Source: Octopus sinensis (lineage: Eukaryota). Taken from it: 64,000 nt of DNA. The stretch lies in assembly GCF_006345805.1 (NCBI RefSeq), contig NC_043020.1, positions 1,612,001 through 1,676,000 on the forward strand, given 5' to 3'. The number at the start of each line of letters is the position of its first letter. Positions within the stretch are counted from its first letter, which is position 1. This document shows, piece after piece, positions 37,153 to 51,218 of this stretch. The translations under genes were made by a program, and so were the position numbers. The notes below the pieces were generated by a model. That model searched no databases. It was not told where the DNA came from and was given only the letters and a program-made list of their open reading frames with translations.

Positions 37153-37520
37153 GTAATAGCATGACCTCTGTCTATTCGTTGAATCCAATAAAAGAATATA
37201 AAAACTGTTACTGTTATAACATTTATTATATTCACTAAATTCCTCGGTAATTTTTATTCAAATAACTTTTGGGTGATTGTAGCAGCTCCCGGTTGAGTGT
37301 GGTGGCTACACAGATGATAGGAGATAGGAACAGAAATGGGTCAGTCGTATGACCCAGGACGTTAGAGGGAGTAATACAGCAAGAAGGTGGCCAAATCGCA
37401 ATGGTTTTCAGCTGTCAACTGACAAAATAGAAAACGCGCTCAGTGTAAAAATCTACTTGGAAAATATAATAATATATTGTGTGTGTGCATGTCTGTGCGT
37501 GTATGAGAGTGTATATATGC

Positions 37521-37553
<33 letters not shown>

Positions 37554-37637
37554 TACGTGTTATATGCATATATATATATGTGTATATGTATGTATATATA
37601 AATATATATGTATATATGTATGTTTTATATATATATG

Positions 37638-37721
<84 letters not shown>

Positions 37722-38105
37722 TATATATTATATATACATATATATATACACATATATATAAATATTATATATATATACAGATATATATACACATATATAT
37801 ATACAGATATATACATGTATATATTGGAGTGTATAGGAGTATTCCAACCGATCAGAATCTAATCCTTGCAATGTCTCTTTTCTTGCTCTGATAGTTTTCC
37901 ACCCAAGGTATTTTGAAATGCAAGCTTATATATTTATATATGTTCTGTATTTTAGTTGGATGCGAAACGAAACAATTGTAGGTGAAGATGATATTTAATT
38001 AATAAATTAATTTCTATCCATTGGATGTCTCCGTCTTCAACCTTAATAATAATAATGATGATGATGATGATGATGATGATAATAATAATATTTATAATAA
38101 TAATG

Positions 38106-38136
<31 letters not shown>

Positions 38137-38137
<1 letters not shown>

Positions 38138-38281
38138 TTCTTTACTACCCACAAGGGGCTAAACACAGAGGGGACAAACAAGGACAGACAAACGGATTAA
38201 GTCGATTACATCGACCCCAGTGCGTAACTGGTACTTAATTTATCGACCCCGAAAGGATAAAAGGCAAAGTCGACCTCGACT
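38137..38281 (-). mobile_element. SINE family A, 3' half
   Basis: Near-identical to 5062-5200. Confidence 0.78.
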
Positions 38282-38479
38282 TATGCACATACATGAAAGG
38301 CATAGAGTTGGGATTATTCTTGTAAAGTTGTTAGTTCGATTCCTGGAGAGTGGTCCGTGCATTGTGTCTTGGAACAATGTAACATCGTTTTACGTTGCTC
38401 CAGTCTCCTTGACTGAGAATAAGTATCAGCAGACAGCTGGGGCAGCATTCTCCTCTCTCCAGCTTGCATTTTATCCATA

Positions 38480-38687
38480 CACCTATTAAAATGGATCGAA
38501 AGTCCTGCTGCATATCCAAATGGGAAAGAAACCAGCGCCTCTTTGGTCTTAATTGATGTCATCATGGTAATATGTTATTATTAGGGAGAGGAAATATTAC
38601 CATGATGACATCAATTAAGACCAAAGAGGCGCTGGTTTCTTTCCCATTTGGATATGCAGCAGGACTTCCGATCCATTTTAATGGGTG
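38480..38687. repeat. Near-perfect hairpin with 93-bp arms and a ~22-nt loop
   Basis: 38480-38572 is the reverse complement of 38595-38687 with two mismatches seen. Confidence 0.92.
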
Positions 38688-39149
38688 CATGTATAATAAT
38701 AACATAATGTGAAAGCAGCGAGCTGGCAGAATCGTTAGTACGCCGAGCAAAATGTTTACGGGCATTTCACTAGTCGCTACGTTCTGAGTTCAAATTTCTT
38801 CGAAGTCGACTTCGCTATCCATCCTTTCGGGATCGATAGATTAAGTACCATCGTTAGCACGATGACAAATGGAAATCTTTCTGACCTCTATGTACGGACG
38901 AGCATCTATCTATCCTCTTTTCTAAACATAAATTGGTAAACACCTTTAATGAACTAGTTTACAGGTGTTTCCATTGGAAAAAACACTCTTTTGCTTTTTT
39001 AAAATATCTACCCCTCATCTAATAATAATTTTTGCAACTTATCTTTATTCTTTATTCTTATTTCCCATGTCCCCTTTTCTTCCCTTCATCTTTTCTTTCC
39101 ATCTATATCTATTCTCACACACACACTCACTCATACACATACATTTATA

Positions 39150-39990
39150 TGCATGGTGCGTTGAATAAACTGTCGTCCAAATTACGCAAAAATGAAAATA
39201 TAACTAACATCTTATTTTAAGAGTTATATTTACCAAAATTGCATGAAAATATCTTGAAATACTAAAGAGGAAATTTATTCAATAAAATCGCCATTGGCTT
39301 CAACCACAACCTTCAGACGACTTCGGAATCTGCAATTCTTCTGAACGGCCTCTTTGTTTAAGTTGGTCAATACTACCGTAACCCTTGCCTTCAGTTCATC
39401 TTGTTACAAGGCGTTTTGTAGGTGTCCAACACAACTGCACCTCATACATAATAATCCAGGAAGTTGCAGTCTGGGGAGTTAGGTGGACAGATGTTAGGGT
39501 TGATGTCGTTACAGAAATTGTCTGACAGCCATAACTGGGTTCTCCTACTTGTGCGGCATGGTGCAGGGTCCTGTTGTCGGACATAGGGTCTTCTAGCAGC
39601 CACCCACTTCACCCAGGCAGCACTACCACCTCCATGCACCTGGTGTAGGCCTCCGTGATGAGACTGAGGCCGTGTGGGAAGATGAATGGAGGCATAACGT
39701 CGCCGTAACTAGTGATCACTTCAAACACCATGATGTTGACAGAATGTTTCATTTTTTTCAGATTGACATGCAAACACTATGAAATGTTCGTATTGAAGCT
39801 TCGGCGCGAATGCCAAGCTGTACAGCATGTTGTTTCCAAATTTCTGGCTGGGTGGATTGCATCATGGTGCTGCTTTTCTTATAGACGGTGTCCAACTGAC
39901 CCTTCTATACTATGTACTCGACAAAATCATAAAGAAAACAATGCGCATGCATGAAATAAGAAATATAAAATGGCGACAATTTACCCACCT
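39150..39990 (-). mobile_element. Internally deleted mariner/Tc1-superfamily element
   Basis: QQDPAPC.TSR.TQ.WL and PPNSPDCNFLDYYV motifs; degenerate TIRs; 5' part shared with 53415-53969. Confidence 0.78.
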
Positions 39991-40186
39991 CATCCAGGAC
40001 TCTACCACAAAAATACCTGTAATATTGTTAACCTGGTATGTCGACACAGGGTTTATGAAGTATTTTGCCCGGATCGATAATCTCTCCCTCTTTGTTGTAT
40101 GTATGTATGTATGTATGTATGTATGTATGTATGTATGTATGTATGTATGTATGTATGTATGTATGTATGTGTATATATATACATGC

Positions 40187-40234
<48 letters not shown>

Positions 40235-40788
40235 AGTGTGTGTTTGTTATTTGTGTCTGTGTTTATCCGACAACCGATGTTGGTGTGTTTACGTGCCCGT
40301 AACTTAGCGATTCGGCAAAAGAGCCCGATAGAATAAGTACTAGGCTTACAAAAAATAAGTCCTGGGGTCGATATTTGTTCGACTAAAGGGGGCGCTCCAG
40401 CATGGCCGTCAGTCAAACGACTGAAACAAGTAAAAGAATAAAAAAACAAAAAAAAATACGTACACATAAGTGCGCCCGCACACACATACACTCACACACG
40501 CACACATCTACAGACGTACACACATATGAGTACACGCGCACCTGTATTAGAAGATAGTAAGTTTATGCAAGGATAGACACCAAGCTATTGCTGGGATGGT
40601 GCAAATTCTTTAAGTCCAATTTCTTAATGAAAGTAGATTTTTCGAAAGCAGGTGAGATAATACGTTACATAATATTATATGATATAATCGATACATCGAA
40701 ACAGCAATAATAATCGGATTATATCATTAAACAACTTATGTAAATATATTCCATAAATTTAGGATTGTCTGTCCACCTCTCTTTCTCC

Positions 40789-40833
<45 letters not shown>

Positions 40834-40889
40834 ATATATATATATTATATATATATGTATATATATATATATATGTTATATATATGTAT

Positions 40890-40983
<94 letters not shown>

Positions 40984-41102
40984 TTATGTATATATATATG
41001 TATATATATATATATATATATACATACTGTCATATAATATGTATGTATAGATATATCTATATATATATATACATATATATACATATATGTATATTATATA
41101 TA

Positions 41103-41136
<34 letters not shown>

Positions 41137-41137
<1 letters not shown>

Positions 41138-41343
41138 GGTGCAGGTGTGACTAAGTGATAAGAAGTTTGATTCCAACCACATGATTCTGGGTTCAGTCCC
41201 TCTGTGTGACACCTCGAGCATGTATCTCCTACATTAAACTCGGGCCAACCAAAGCCTTGTGAGTGGACTTGGTAAGCGGAAATTGAAAGAAACCCGTCGT
41301 ATATATGTATATATATATATATATGTTTGTGTGTGTGTGTGTG

Positions 41344-41384
<41 letters not shown>

Positions 41385-41500
41385 TTTGTGGTTGTGTTTA
41401 TCCCCCTACCATCACTTGACAACCGATGTTGACGTATTTACGTCTTTGTAACTTAGCAGTTCGGCAAAAGAGACCTATAAAATAAGGTCTAAGCTTACAG
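41137..41500 (+). mobile_element. SINE family B
   Basis: Head, internal (TG)n and partial tail. Confidence 0.75.
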
Positions 41501-41912
41501 AGAATATTTCCTGGCGATCCGTATAGCTGATTGGACAATCAATCTGTTTGGGCAACAGTACTTTTTGGCCCTGGAGGCAAACACGCAAATACACACACAC
41601 TCAAATACACGCATACGTGCACACGTGCGCAGAAATATACACAATTATGTATGAGAGAGAGAGAGAGAGTAAGACAGATAGCGGGAGAGCGATAAAGGGA
41701 GAGAGACAGAGAGAAAGAGACAGTGCAATTTTATAACTGCATAGGATTGGCATACTCTCCATCTCTCGTCATACACAAAGAGAAATATGTCTATATGCAT
41801 AAACAAAGAGAAAAAGTGAGGGAGTGAGGGACGGTGACAACGAGAGACACACAAAAACGAGAGGAATATCAAAATGTCTAATGTCAAATATGTCAGCGTC
41901 GAATAAGCGATG

Positions 41913-42668
41913 TCAATTGGACGGTGGCAAATCGTATAGACAAATTAGACGGTGTCAAAACGTATAGACAAATTAGACGGTGTCAAAACGTATAAGCCAA
42001 TTAGACGATGTCAAATTGTATATGCCAATTAGATGGTGTCAAAATGTATAGGCCAATTAGACGGTGTCAAAACGTATACGCCAATTAGACGGTGTCAAAA
42101 CGTATACACCAATTAGATGGTGTCAAAACGTATAGGCCAATTAGACGGTGTCAAAACGTATAGGCCAATTAGACGGTGTCAAAACGTATAGGCTAATTAG
42201 ACGGTGTCAAAACGTATAGGCCAATTAGACTGTGTCAAAACGTATAGGCCAATTAGACGGTGTCAAAACGTATAGGCGAATTAGACGGTGTCAAATCGTA
42301 TAGGCCAATTAGACTGTGTCAAAACGTATACGCCAATTAGACGGTATCAAAACGTATACGCCAATTAGATGGTGTCAAAACGTATAGGCCAATTAGACGA
42401 TGTCAAAACGTATAGGCCAATTAGACGGTGTCAAAACGTATAGGCTAATTAGACGGTGTCAAAACGTATAGGCCAATTAGACTGTGTCAAAACCTATAGG
42501 CCAATTAGACGGTGTCAAAACGTATAGGCGAATTAGACGGTTTCAAATCGTATAGGCCAATTAGACTGTGTCAAAACGTATAGGCCAATTAGACTGTGTC
42601 AAAACGTATAAGCCAATTAGACGGTATCAAATCGTATAGGCCAATTTGACGGTGTCAAAACGGATAGG
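41913..42668 (+). repeat. 28-bp minisatellite, 27 units (ccaattagacggtgtcaaaacgtatagg)
   Basis: Direct read; exact period 28, no spacers. Confidence 0.97.
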
Positions 42669-43479
42669 CCAAAGCGTAGGGCTATAACGTTTCATATCTT
42701 TCTCAAATACATACACATCATATATAACCATGTATATTGACAATATATTTATTTTGACAAGGGTGGTGAACCAGAGAATTACTAGCACCCCGGGCTAATT
42801 GCTTAACGGCGTTTCGTCTGTCTTTACATTCTGAGTTCCAATTCCGCCGAGGTCGACTTTGTTTTCATCCTTTCGGACACGATGAAATAAGTACCAATTT
42901 ATTACTGGGGTCGATGTGATCTTCTTACTCCCCCGCCCAAACTTGCAGGCCTTGATAAAATTTGAAATCAATATATTTATTTCAGAGAATACGGACGAAT
43001 AATCCAATGCATTGAAAGATATTTCGAAAATTATTTCACCTTTTAATTTACAACTCAATATACACAAGGTGTTTCGTCCGGCTAGAAAATTTCTGAGTTC
43101 AACTTCCACCGAGGTCGACTTTGCCTTTCATTCTACGGAGAACGATGAAATAAATACTAGATGATTAGTGCGGTCGAGCGAATAGACTTACCTCCTACTT
43201 CGAAATTACTGGTCTTTTGCCATAAAAAACCCCAAAGAAACTGGAACTAACATAGTTCTATAATAAATTTAACACAACCCCATTCTTAAACATCTTCGTG
43301 GAACTCCGTCGGTTACAACGACGACGATTCCAGTTGATCCGATCAACGGAACAGCTTGCTCGTGAAATTAACTTGCAAGTGGCCGAGCACTCCACAGACA
43401 CGTGAACCCTTAACGTAGTTATCGGGGAGATTCAGCATGACACAGAGTGTGACAAGACTGGCCCTTTTGAAATACAGGT

Positions 43480-43672
43480 GCAACAGAAACAAAGAGTGGG
43501 AAAAAGTTGTGGTGAAAGAATACAACAGTGTTCGCTACCAACTCCTGCCGGAGCCTCGTGGAGTTTTAGGTGTTTTCACTCAATAAATACTCACAGCGCC
43601 CGGTGTGGGAATCGAAACTGCGATCCTACGACCGCGAGTCCGCTGCCCTAACCACTCGGCCATTGCGCCACC
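43480..43672 (-). mobile_element. SINE family D copy
   Basis: Reverse complement matches 21742-21935. Confidence 0.75.
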
Positions 43673-43882
43673 ACATTCTTAGACACAGTCGTAGGAATAA
43701 GCAATACCTCAGTATACACGATAAACACTGGTCTTCATAAGCACTGAGAATACTCCCAGTGATAAATAATGGATGTAGTGAGATTGCTTTTGAATTGCAG
43801 CCTTGGATTCTCACAAAACTGAACAAATATTGGACCATAACTGATATTCGAACACGTAAATAGACCAACCTGTAAAACAATA

Positions 43883-44141
43883 TACTCTTTTACTCTTTTA
43901 TTTGTTTCAGTCATTTGACTGCGGCCATGCTGGAGCACCGCCTTTATCAGTCGAGCAAATTGACCCCAGGACTTATTCTTTGTAAGCCTAGTACTTATTC
44001 TATCGGTCTCTTTTTGCCGAAGCGCTAAGTTACGGGGGACATAAACAAACCAGCATCGGTTGTCAAATGATGGTGGGGCGACAAACACACACATACAAAC
44101 ACTTACACACACACACAGGTACACACGCACAGACACACACA

Positions 44142-44213
<72 letters not shown>

Positions 44214-44365
44214 CGACGGGCTGCTTTCAGTTTCCGTTTACCAAATCCATTCACAAGGCTTTGGTCGGCCCGAGGCTATAGTAGAAGACACTTGCCCAAG
44301 GTGCCACGCAGTGGGACTGAACCCGGAACCATGTGGCTGGTAAGCAAGCTACTTACCACACAGCC
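43883..44365 (-). mobile_element. SINE family B, full length
   Basis: Matches 6671-7070; head-to-head with the copy at 44452. Confidence 0.85.
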
Positions 44366-44451
44366 AATCTTGCGACAGACACGTGAACCCTTAAGAACAA
44401 TTTCACCCTTTCATTTCCACGAGGTACAAGCTGAACTCACGAACCAGACAT

Positions 44452-44826
44452 ATAGGCGCAGGTGTGGCTGTGTGGTAAGAAGCTTGCTTCCCAACCACAT
44501 GGTACCAAGTTCAGTCCCACCTTGGGCAAGTGTCTTTTGCTATAGATTCAGCATTGTGAGTGGAATTGGCAGACAGAAACTAAAAGAATACATGTGTGTG
44601 TGTGTGTGTGCATGCGCTCCCGTGTGCATGTTTGTCCCCCTACCACAGGGCTTAACAACCGGTATTGGTGTATTTACGTCACCGTAACTTAACGGTTCGG
44701 CAAAATGAAACCGATAGAATAAGTACCAGGTTTAAAAACAAAAGTCGACTCATTCGACTAAAAAAATTTCTTCTAGGCGGTGCCCCAGCATGGCCGCAGT
44801 CTAATGACTGAAACAAGTAAAAGAAA
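44452..44826 (+). mobile_element. SINE family B, diverged
   Basis: Head ggcgcaggtgtggctgtgtggtaag and tail gactgaaacaagtaaaag. Confidence 0.78.
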
Positions 44827-44931
44827 AAGATAATATATATATAAATATGTATATATATATATATATACATACACTACATATATATATATATATATATAAT
44901 ATAATATATATATATACATATATACAATATA

Positions 44932-45011
<80 letters not shown>

Positions 45012-45989
45012 ATATGTATGTATATATATTGTGTGTGTTAATCATATTAATGGTTTTCTTTCATTGTAAACCAGATGACCATTATTTCAACGCCACCATA
45101 CGTCCATCGCTCACCCTTGATGCATCACCGTGTCTTAATGACCAGCTGGTCAGCTTTATGAATTGGGAGTGACCAGAAGATACAACAGCTACTACTACTA
45201 CTACTACCACCACCACCACCACCACCACCGCCACCACCACTACCACTGCCATCGCCATCAGCACCATCACCACCTCCATAACCACTACCACGACCACTGT
45301 CACCACAATCACCACTGCCACTATCACAACCTACTACTACTACTACTACTGTCAGCAACAACAATGAAGACAACAGCAATACATTTCGCCCGTGAAGCTT
45401 CTATGAGGTTACTTGATATGCTAGAAATAATAGTCAGACTTCCTCAAGTCATGCCTCATTATCTTAAAAGTTGAAAGATATGTTGCGAGCTGACCAGGAG
45501 TGGGGGGAATAAACATTAATAGCAAAAACAGCAATTATAACAGCAGCAGCAACAACAACAACAACAACAACAACACTAAAGAACAAATATCTAAGCAACC
45601 ACACCAATTACCTTTATTTAAGCACGAGTACTTACAGGGTTGTCTTTATGTGGTCTTTTTACCTCCTAGAAATAATGACTAAATCTAGATCAAACTATAG
45701 CAGTTCGGCAAAAGAAACCGATAGAATAAATGTGAAAATATGTGCTGGGGTCCATTTTTTCAACTAAAATCTTGAAGGCGGTGCTCCAGCATGGCAGTAA
45801 ACCGATGACTGAAGCACACAAAATGTAAGCCTCACAATACCAAAGCGAGAAGCACACACACACACATACATGCACATACACGCTCACGCACACACACACA
45901 CATGCACACACATACACATACATGCACGCACACACACGTACACACACACACACCTCGTGCTTCATTCTCTCTTTCAAACTTCGAACAAC

Positions 45990-46240
45990 ACCTGTAGGAA
46001 ACGTGGGAGTGTTGCTTTTCTTATGTGTAATTTGTGGGCGGAAATCCTTGAGTGATGCAAGTCCTGGTCAACCATCATAGAACGAACAGGAATCCAACCT
46101 TTTGTAAATTGCGATGCGGCTATTGTTCACAACAGAACATGCACAGCCTGTAGAAAGGTGTGCCTTTCAGGTGAATGATTGAAAAAGCATGTTAAAAGAT
46201 TTCCGGCTGCGGCACTTATTCACTCTGCCTGACTGCGCAT
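45990..46240 (+). mobile_element. Possible RTE-type LINE 3' relic
   Basis: CTACRKVCLSGE*LKKHVK resembles the C-terminal C2H2-like motif of RTE ORFs; short and degraded. Confidence 0.4.
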
Positions 46241-46630
46241 TGTGCAATAGAATGAGCAAATCTTTGGCCAGGCTCAAGAGTCATACAAGGGCCTCACACT
46301 GCATCATCAATGTCTTATTTCAATGAATCTTTCTTCCAATGGCTTTGCTCATTCCCAAATTTTATTTAATTGGCTCTGCGGGAGCAACTGTTTTATTGAA
46401 AGCGTATATTGTTATTAAATGCTCGAAATACGAGACTAGAAAAAACAGCCAACAACTGATGAAGGGTCGTTCTTTATGTTGCTTATCTTGTTTTCCTTTT
46501 GTGTCTTTCGCTGTTCGAAAAAATAGTTCATACTCCATGTACTCGTACTTCGTATTTTTTTTTGTTGTACACGTTTTGTGACGTCCTGTGCCCACATATG
46601 CATATATATATATATATATATCTGTAAAAT

Positions 46631-46806
46631 AATATGTGACAATTATTCAATAGCCAAGATAAAACTCCGAATTTCGGATGCCGAGGTGGAAATCCACAAC
46701 ACCATATCATCGGGGCCAGATAACCGAAGAGATGGCGTAATGGATTTCCACCTCGGCATCCGAAACTCAGAGTTTTATCTTGGCTACCGAATAATTGTCA
46801 CATATT
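46631..46806. mobile_element. MITE-like element with ~63-bp TIRs
   Basis: aatatgtgacaattattcaatagccaagataaaactcc... / ...gagttttatcttggctaccgaataattgtcacatatt. Confidence 0.72.
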
Positions 46807-46883
46807 AATTACAGATAAATGTCCTCTATTTACATAATATTGAGGTCTCTTTCTTTCTCTTGTTATTTACGTTTTTACCAATA

Positions 46884-46933
<50 letters not shown>

Positions 46934-49900
46934 GTATGTATATATATACACGTATCAATGTATGTATGTACATATACGTATGTATATATGCATATATATA
47001 TATATATATATATTATTTATATATTTATATTATATATATATATGTGTGTGTGTGTGCGTGTGCGTGTATGTATGTATAATATATAATATATATATATGTA
47101 AAATAACGATAAACAAAAAACATATAGTGAAATGAATAAATATAGATGTATATATATATACTTAATTAAACACAAGTACTCATAAAAAAATTACACTCAG
47201 TTATACATAGAGTAGATATATAAGCAAACATACACAGGTACCAGGTTCGAAACACCGATACACACATACATACAAGCACACACAAATACACACACCCCAC
47301 CCGCAACACACACAGGTCTACATATAATTTGCTTACAATATAGTTATAGAAAGATCTTCGCACTCGCACACATACATATATACACACACACAAATGTATA
47401 TATCTCTATTATGTGGATGTATATTTTTGTCTTAAGTGTTTAATCCAAGTCTACAGCGAGAGTTTGCATTATCTAATAGGCAAGGAGAGACCTTTGTTTG
47501 AAGTTATAATACGATACAGTGCTTTAATGGCGTGCTGTCGCTGTAATATCTGGGCTGCAAATCAATTACTTACAATGTCGGCCATTATGTTGAGGCCGGT
47601 TGGACATCGAAACGACTCGACAATCGGTAAAATATGCCATTACGAATCTACCTGAGAGTGCAGACAAACAGAGAGTACCTTAGCTTCCACAATCCACATC
47701 AATAGCAACAACAACAATAACAACAACAACAACAACAACAATAGAACATCGAAAACAACAACATTCACAATATGAACAACAGCCATATTATTGATAATTA
47801 TTTCTTTATTAGTCATAGAGGCGGTGGATGATTGGGGATGTTGCAAAAAAAAATTAAAAAGAAAACAACGTTAGGCAAGGTGGGGGCGGGGTATGGAGAA
47901 TCGATTGCGAAGGAAAAGGAAAAGAGTGGAGAAAAGAAGAGTATGAAGGAGAAATAGAAAGAAACGTCCCAATAGAGATGGGGGTCAGTTACTTGGCACA
48001 TATGAAGAAACCTTATAGATTACCCTGAATACCAAGGTCAAGTGCTCTTTTCTTAACTGTGTTCTCTGGTCTTCACGCACATATAAGTTTAGATCCACTC
48101 ATGTAGAACCAGTCTCTTCACTCTCTCATTATTTTCGATGAATTTACCGGAGAGCGGCTCCTCCCACCTCAACGCGATAGGAAGAAACTGATGAGCCTTT
48201 AACTGAAAAGGAATGTGTCTGTGTGTCTGTCCTCGGCGTATTTCAATCGTGTTCGTTCTACAGCCTTTTGCAGCATGCCCGCTAAACAGAAGAGGAAAAC
48301 TGCCTGCTTTTCCAGGCCCAGGGAGGGACAGCTGGGCGATCTTCGATATTGACTCGGCTGATAGCCAGGACTGTCTCATACACAGTAATAACTGTACGAC
48401 ATAATACCACATGTCAGCAATGCTCGGATGCTACATGAACATGTGGGAAATGGTCTCTTTGTTCTTTACGCATGTCTACCATGAAGCACAACCTAAAAGT
48501 CCATCTGTGCAGAAAGAGAAGTCAACAGATGGATTAGCAGTCTAATACAATGCAGTCTTTCCACAAAAAAGCGAAAGATCGAACATCCTAATCTTGTCCT
48601 ATGAAACCAGAGACAAAGTTCCACAGTAAAACACGATGGAAGCAGCACATGATTTACCATGTCTACCCGATCCTTTAGGAAGAGCTTCGTATCAGTCCAT
48701 TTCTACACGAGGAAGATGGAAAACTTAGGCATAACCTCGTATTCGTACTTCTCTGCTTGGAAGTCTGGTCCGAAGCAGACACGAACCATATCAACAGGGT
48801 CATCAGTCTAGCAACTTACAATGTTGGCCAGCGTAGTCTTACCTGTCTGCTTTCCAAATCGTCAGCTCACCTCCAGCTTCTGTTTCGATGTCTTATGGTC
48901 CAAAACCCACTGAAAGGTAGCTTTAATTCTGACCACAACAGATATATATATATATATACGACGGGCTTCTTCCAGTTTCCGTTTCTGAAATCCACTCACA
49001 AGGCTTTGGTTGGCCTGAGGTTATAGTAGAAGACACCAGAGGTGCCACGCAGTGGGACTGAACCCTGAACCATGTGGTTGGTAAGCAAGCTTCTTACCAT
49101 ACAGCCACGCCTGCGCCTATTTGTTTAGCTTCGTTAATCAAATGGACTAATAATAAAGGGACGGAATTGAAGCAGTGCGTGTGTTATTAATATTGACATC
49201 ATGGCTCTCCTAAGACAAAATAAAATTTTCAGATATTGTTGCCAGCAATATTTGTTGAGCTCTCTGTCAATTTCCACTTAATTCGATGTTCCGATCTTTC
49301 TAGGCCTTCTGCCTAATCGAATTCGTCGTTCCCGACAGTTTTCAGATTGCAATATAGGGGCCCATAAAGATGATGAGCTAGCATAATCAGTAGCACGCCA
49401 GGAACATTGCTTAGCGACATCTCGTCCGTCTTTACGTTCTGAATTCAAATTCCGCCAACTTTCATCCTATCGGGATCGATAAAATAAGTACCAGTTGATC
49501 CCCGGGGCTGATGTAATCGAAGTACCTCCTCTCCCATACTTGCTAGCCATGTGCTAAATTTGAAACAAATATTCGGGTCCATGTCTATGCTTCTCTATAT
49601 TGTCAGAGAAATTACACATTTTTGGTCTATATAGAGACGAGCACGCTATCGTTAGCTACTGACCTGCAGATGAATGTACTTGCTATAGCAGAGATGCTGG
49701 AGAAGACATTTAACCAAGGAGCTGCGCAAAGGGACTGAACCCGAAACTATGCGGTTGCAAAGCAAGCTGCTTAATCATGCAGCCATGTCACTGAAGGACC
49801 CTTTATTTGTAAATTGAGGCTTCACCCATGACTGTGCTCTTTAAAATAACATACAAGAACGACATTAATATATTGGATAAGGTAGTTTGAGAAAGACTGT

Positions 49901-50713
49901 CTAAAAATTACAGAATGGTCATGAGTGGAGCGCCATTGAACATAGTTCTGATGGATTAGGGTTGATCTTCGATTAAACAACAATAGGTCGTGGGAAAAAA
50001 GGAACCATTTTGTGGTTGATCTACACACTAGAAATAGCATCCAAGTTCCACTGAACTCCTAAATGACATCCTACTCTCTTTAAAAGAAAAAGGTCATATT
50101 GGAAAATATTGTTAATTCTGAGATAATATGTTTGAAAAGAGGCGATGGTCATGGCTGGAATATCTTTGATTATAGGTGTACACGATCAAGGTTTACTTAG
50201 GCTTAATATCGATAATCCTTTCTGCTACAGGCGCAAAGCTTGAAATTTGGGGAAAGGACTAATCGATTATATTGACCCTGGGTACTTATTTCATCAATCT
50301 CGAAGGGACGAAAGGCAAAGTAGACCTCAGAAGGTAAAGACGGACGAAATACTGATAAGCATTTTGTTCGGTGTGTTAACGATTCTGCCAGCAGGTCACC
50401 TTTTAAGCAATATCCTTAACAAAAAATAAGAGTTACCGAGAGACCCGATGACGTGGTCACGGCTGGACCTGCTAAAACCAACAGCCAAATTATTTCAAAG
50501 CCACACAAACTACAATCTCAAATCAGAAAGAGCATATTGGTCTCTGTAGTCCTAGATATACTTGTATCAGAAAATTACCGAGTGGTCACGGTATTTATAT
50601 TTTATTTTTGAATTTGCTCAATGGAAATTAACCTAGGGTTAAACAAGAACGATATCAACAACAAAAACAACGATGACAACAACAACAGCAACATTATAAC
50701 CATTGTCATTCAA

Positions 50714-50843
50714 ATGTTTTCATATTCTTTGGTTGTTCTACCTTTAGTGCGGCTGGTTCACCTGCTGAGGTCATTGGGTCTGCTGGTTTTGTCATCTGTG
50801 CTCACCTATGGATTGCATTCACCGAAAAAGGTACATACTATAG
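50714..50843 (+). CDS. Gene B putative coding exon 1 (hydrophobic signal-like [28 protein letters not shown]...VHTI-G)
   Basis: ATG at 50714; donor ATA G|GTGCGT, phase 1, ending in IG like gene A exon 1. The start is uncertain because an internal acceptor-like cctttag lies near 50746. Confidence 0.6.
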
Positions 50844-50860
50844 GTGCGTATAACGTTGCT

Positions 50861-50926
<66 letters not shown>

Positions 50927-51180
50927 GTCTGTCTGTCTGTCTGTCTGTCTGTCAAAGTATGTGTATATATATATTTATATATCATAAAGGGCAAAATTAA
51001 TTAATTAATTAATTAATAATTAATAATTTTACCAAGTAGTTCGGTATGTTAAAAGAACCATTGTCGGCAAACTTAAACAAGCCTTTTATAATTATGAGTA
51101 TAATTATAATTAGGGTTCAGCAAAAATTTGCTAGAGAAATAGTTATTGCGTAATTTAGACGACAGTCTATTCACCGTACC

Positions 51181-51218
<38 letters not shown>

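Noticed and set aside
41913-42668. CRISPR-like array of 28-bp repeats
   Set aside because: The units are contiguous with no unique spacers, there are no cas genes, and the context is eukaryotic; it is a minisatellite.
43883-44826. Head-to-head SINE-B pair as a functional hairpin locus
   Set aside because: It is intergenic, the copies are diverged, and such pairs are expected by chance at this SINE density.
48130-48900. LINE reverse-transcriptase relic
   Set aside because: There is only vague similarity and no clear catalytic motif that I could read.
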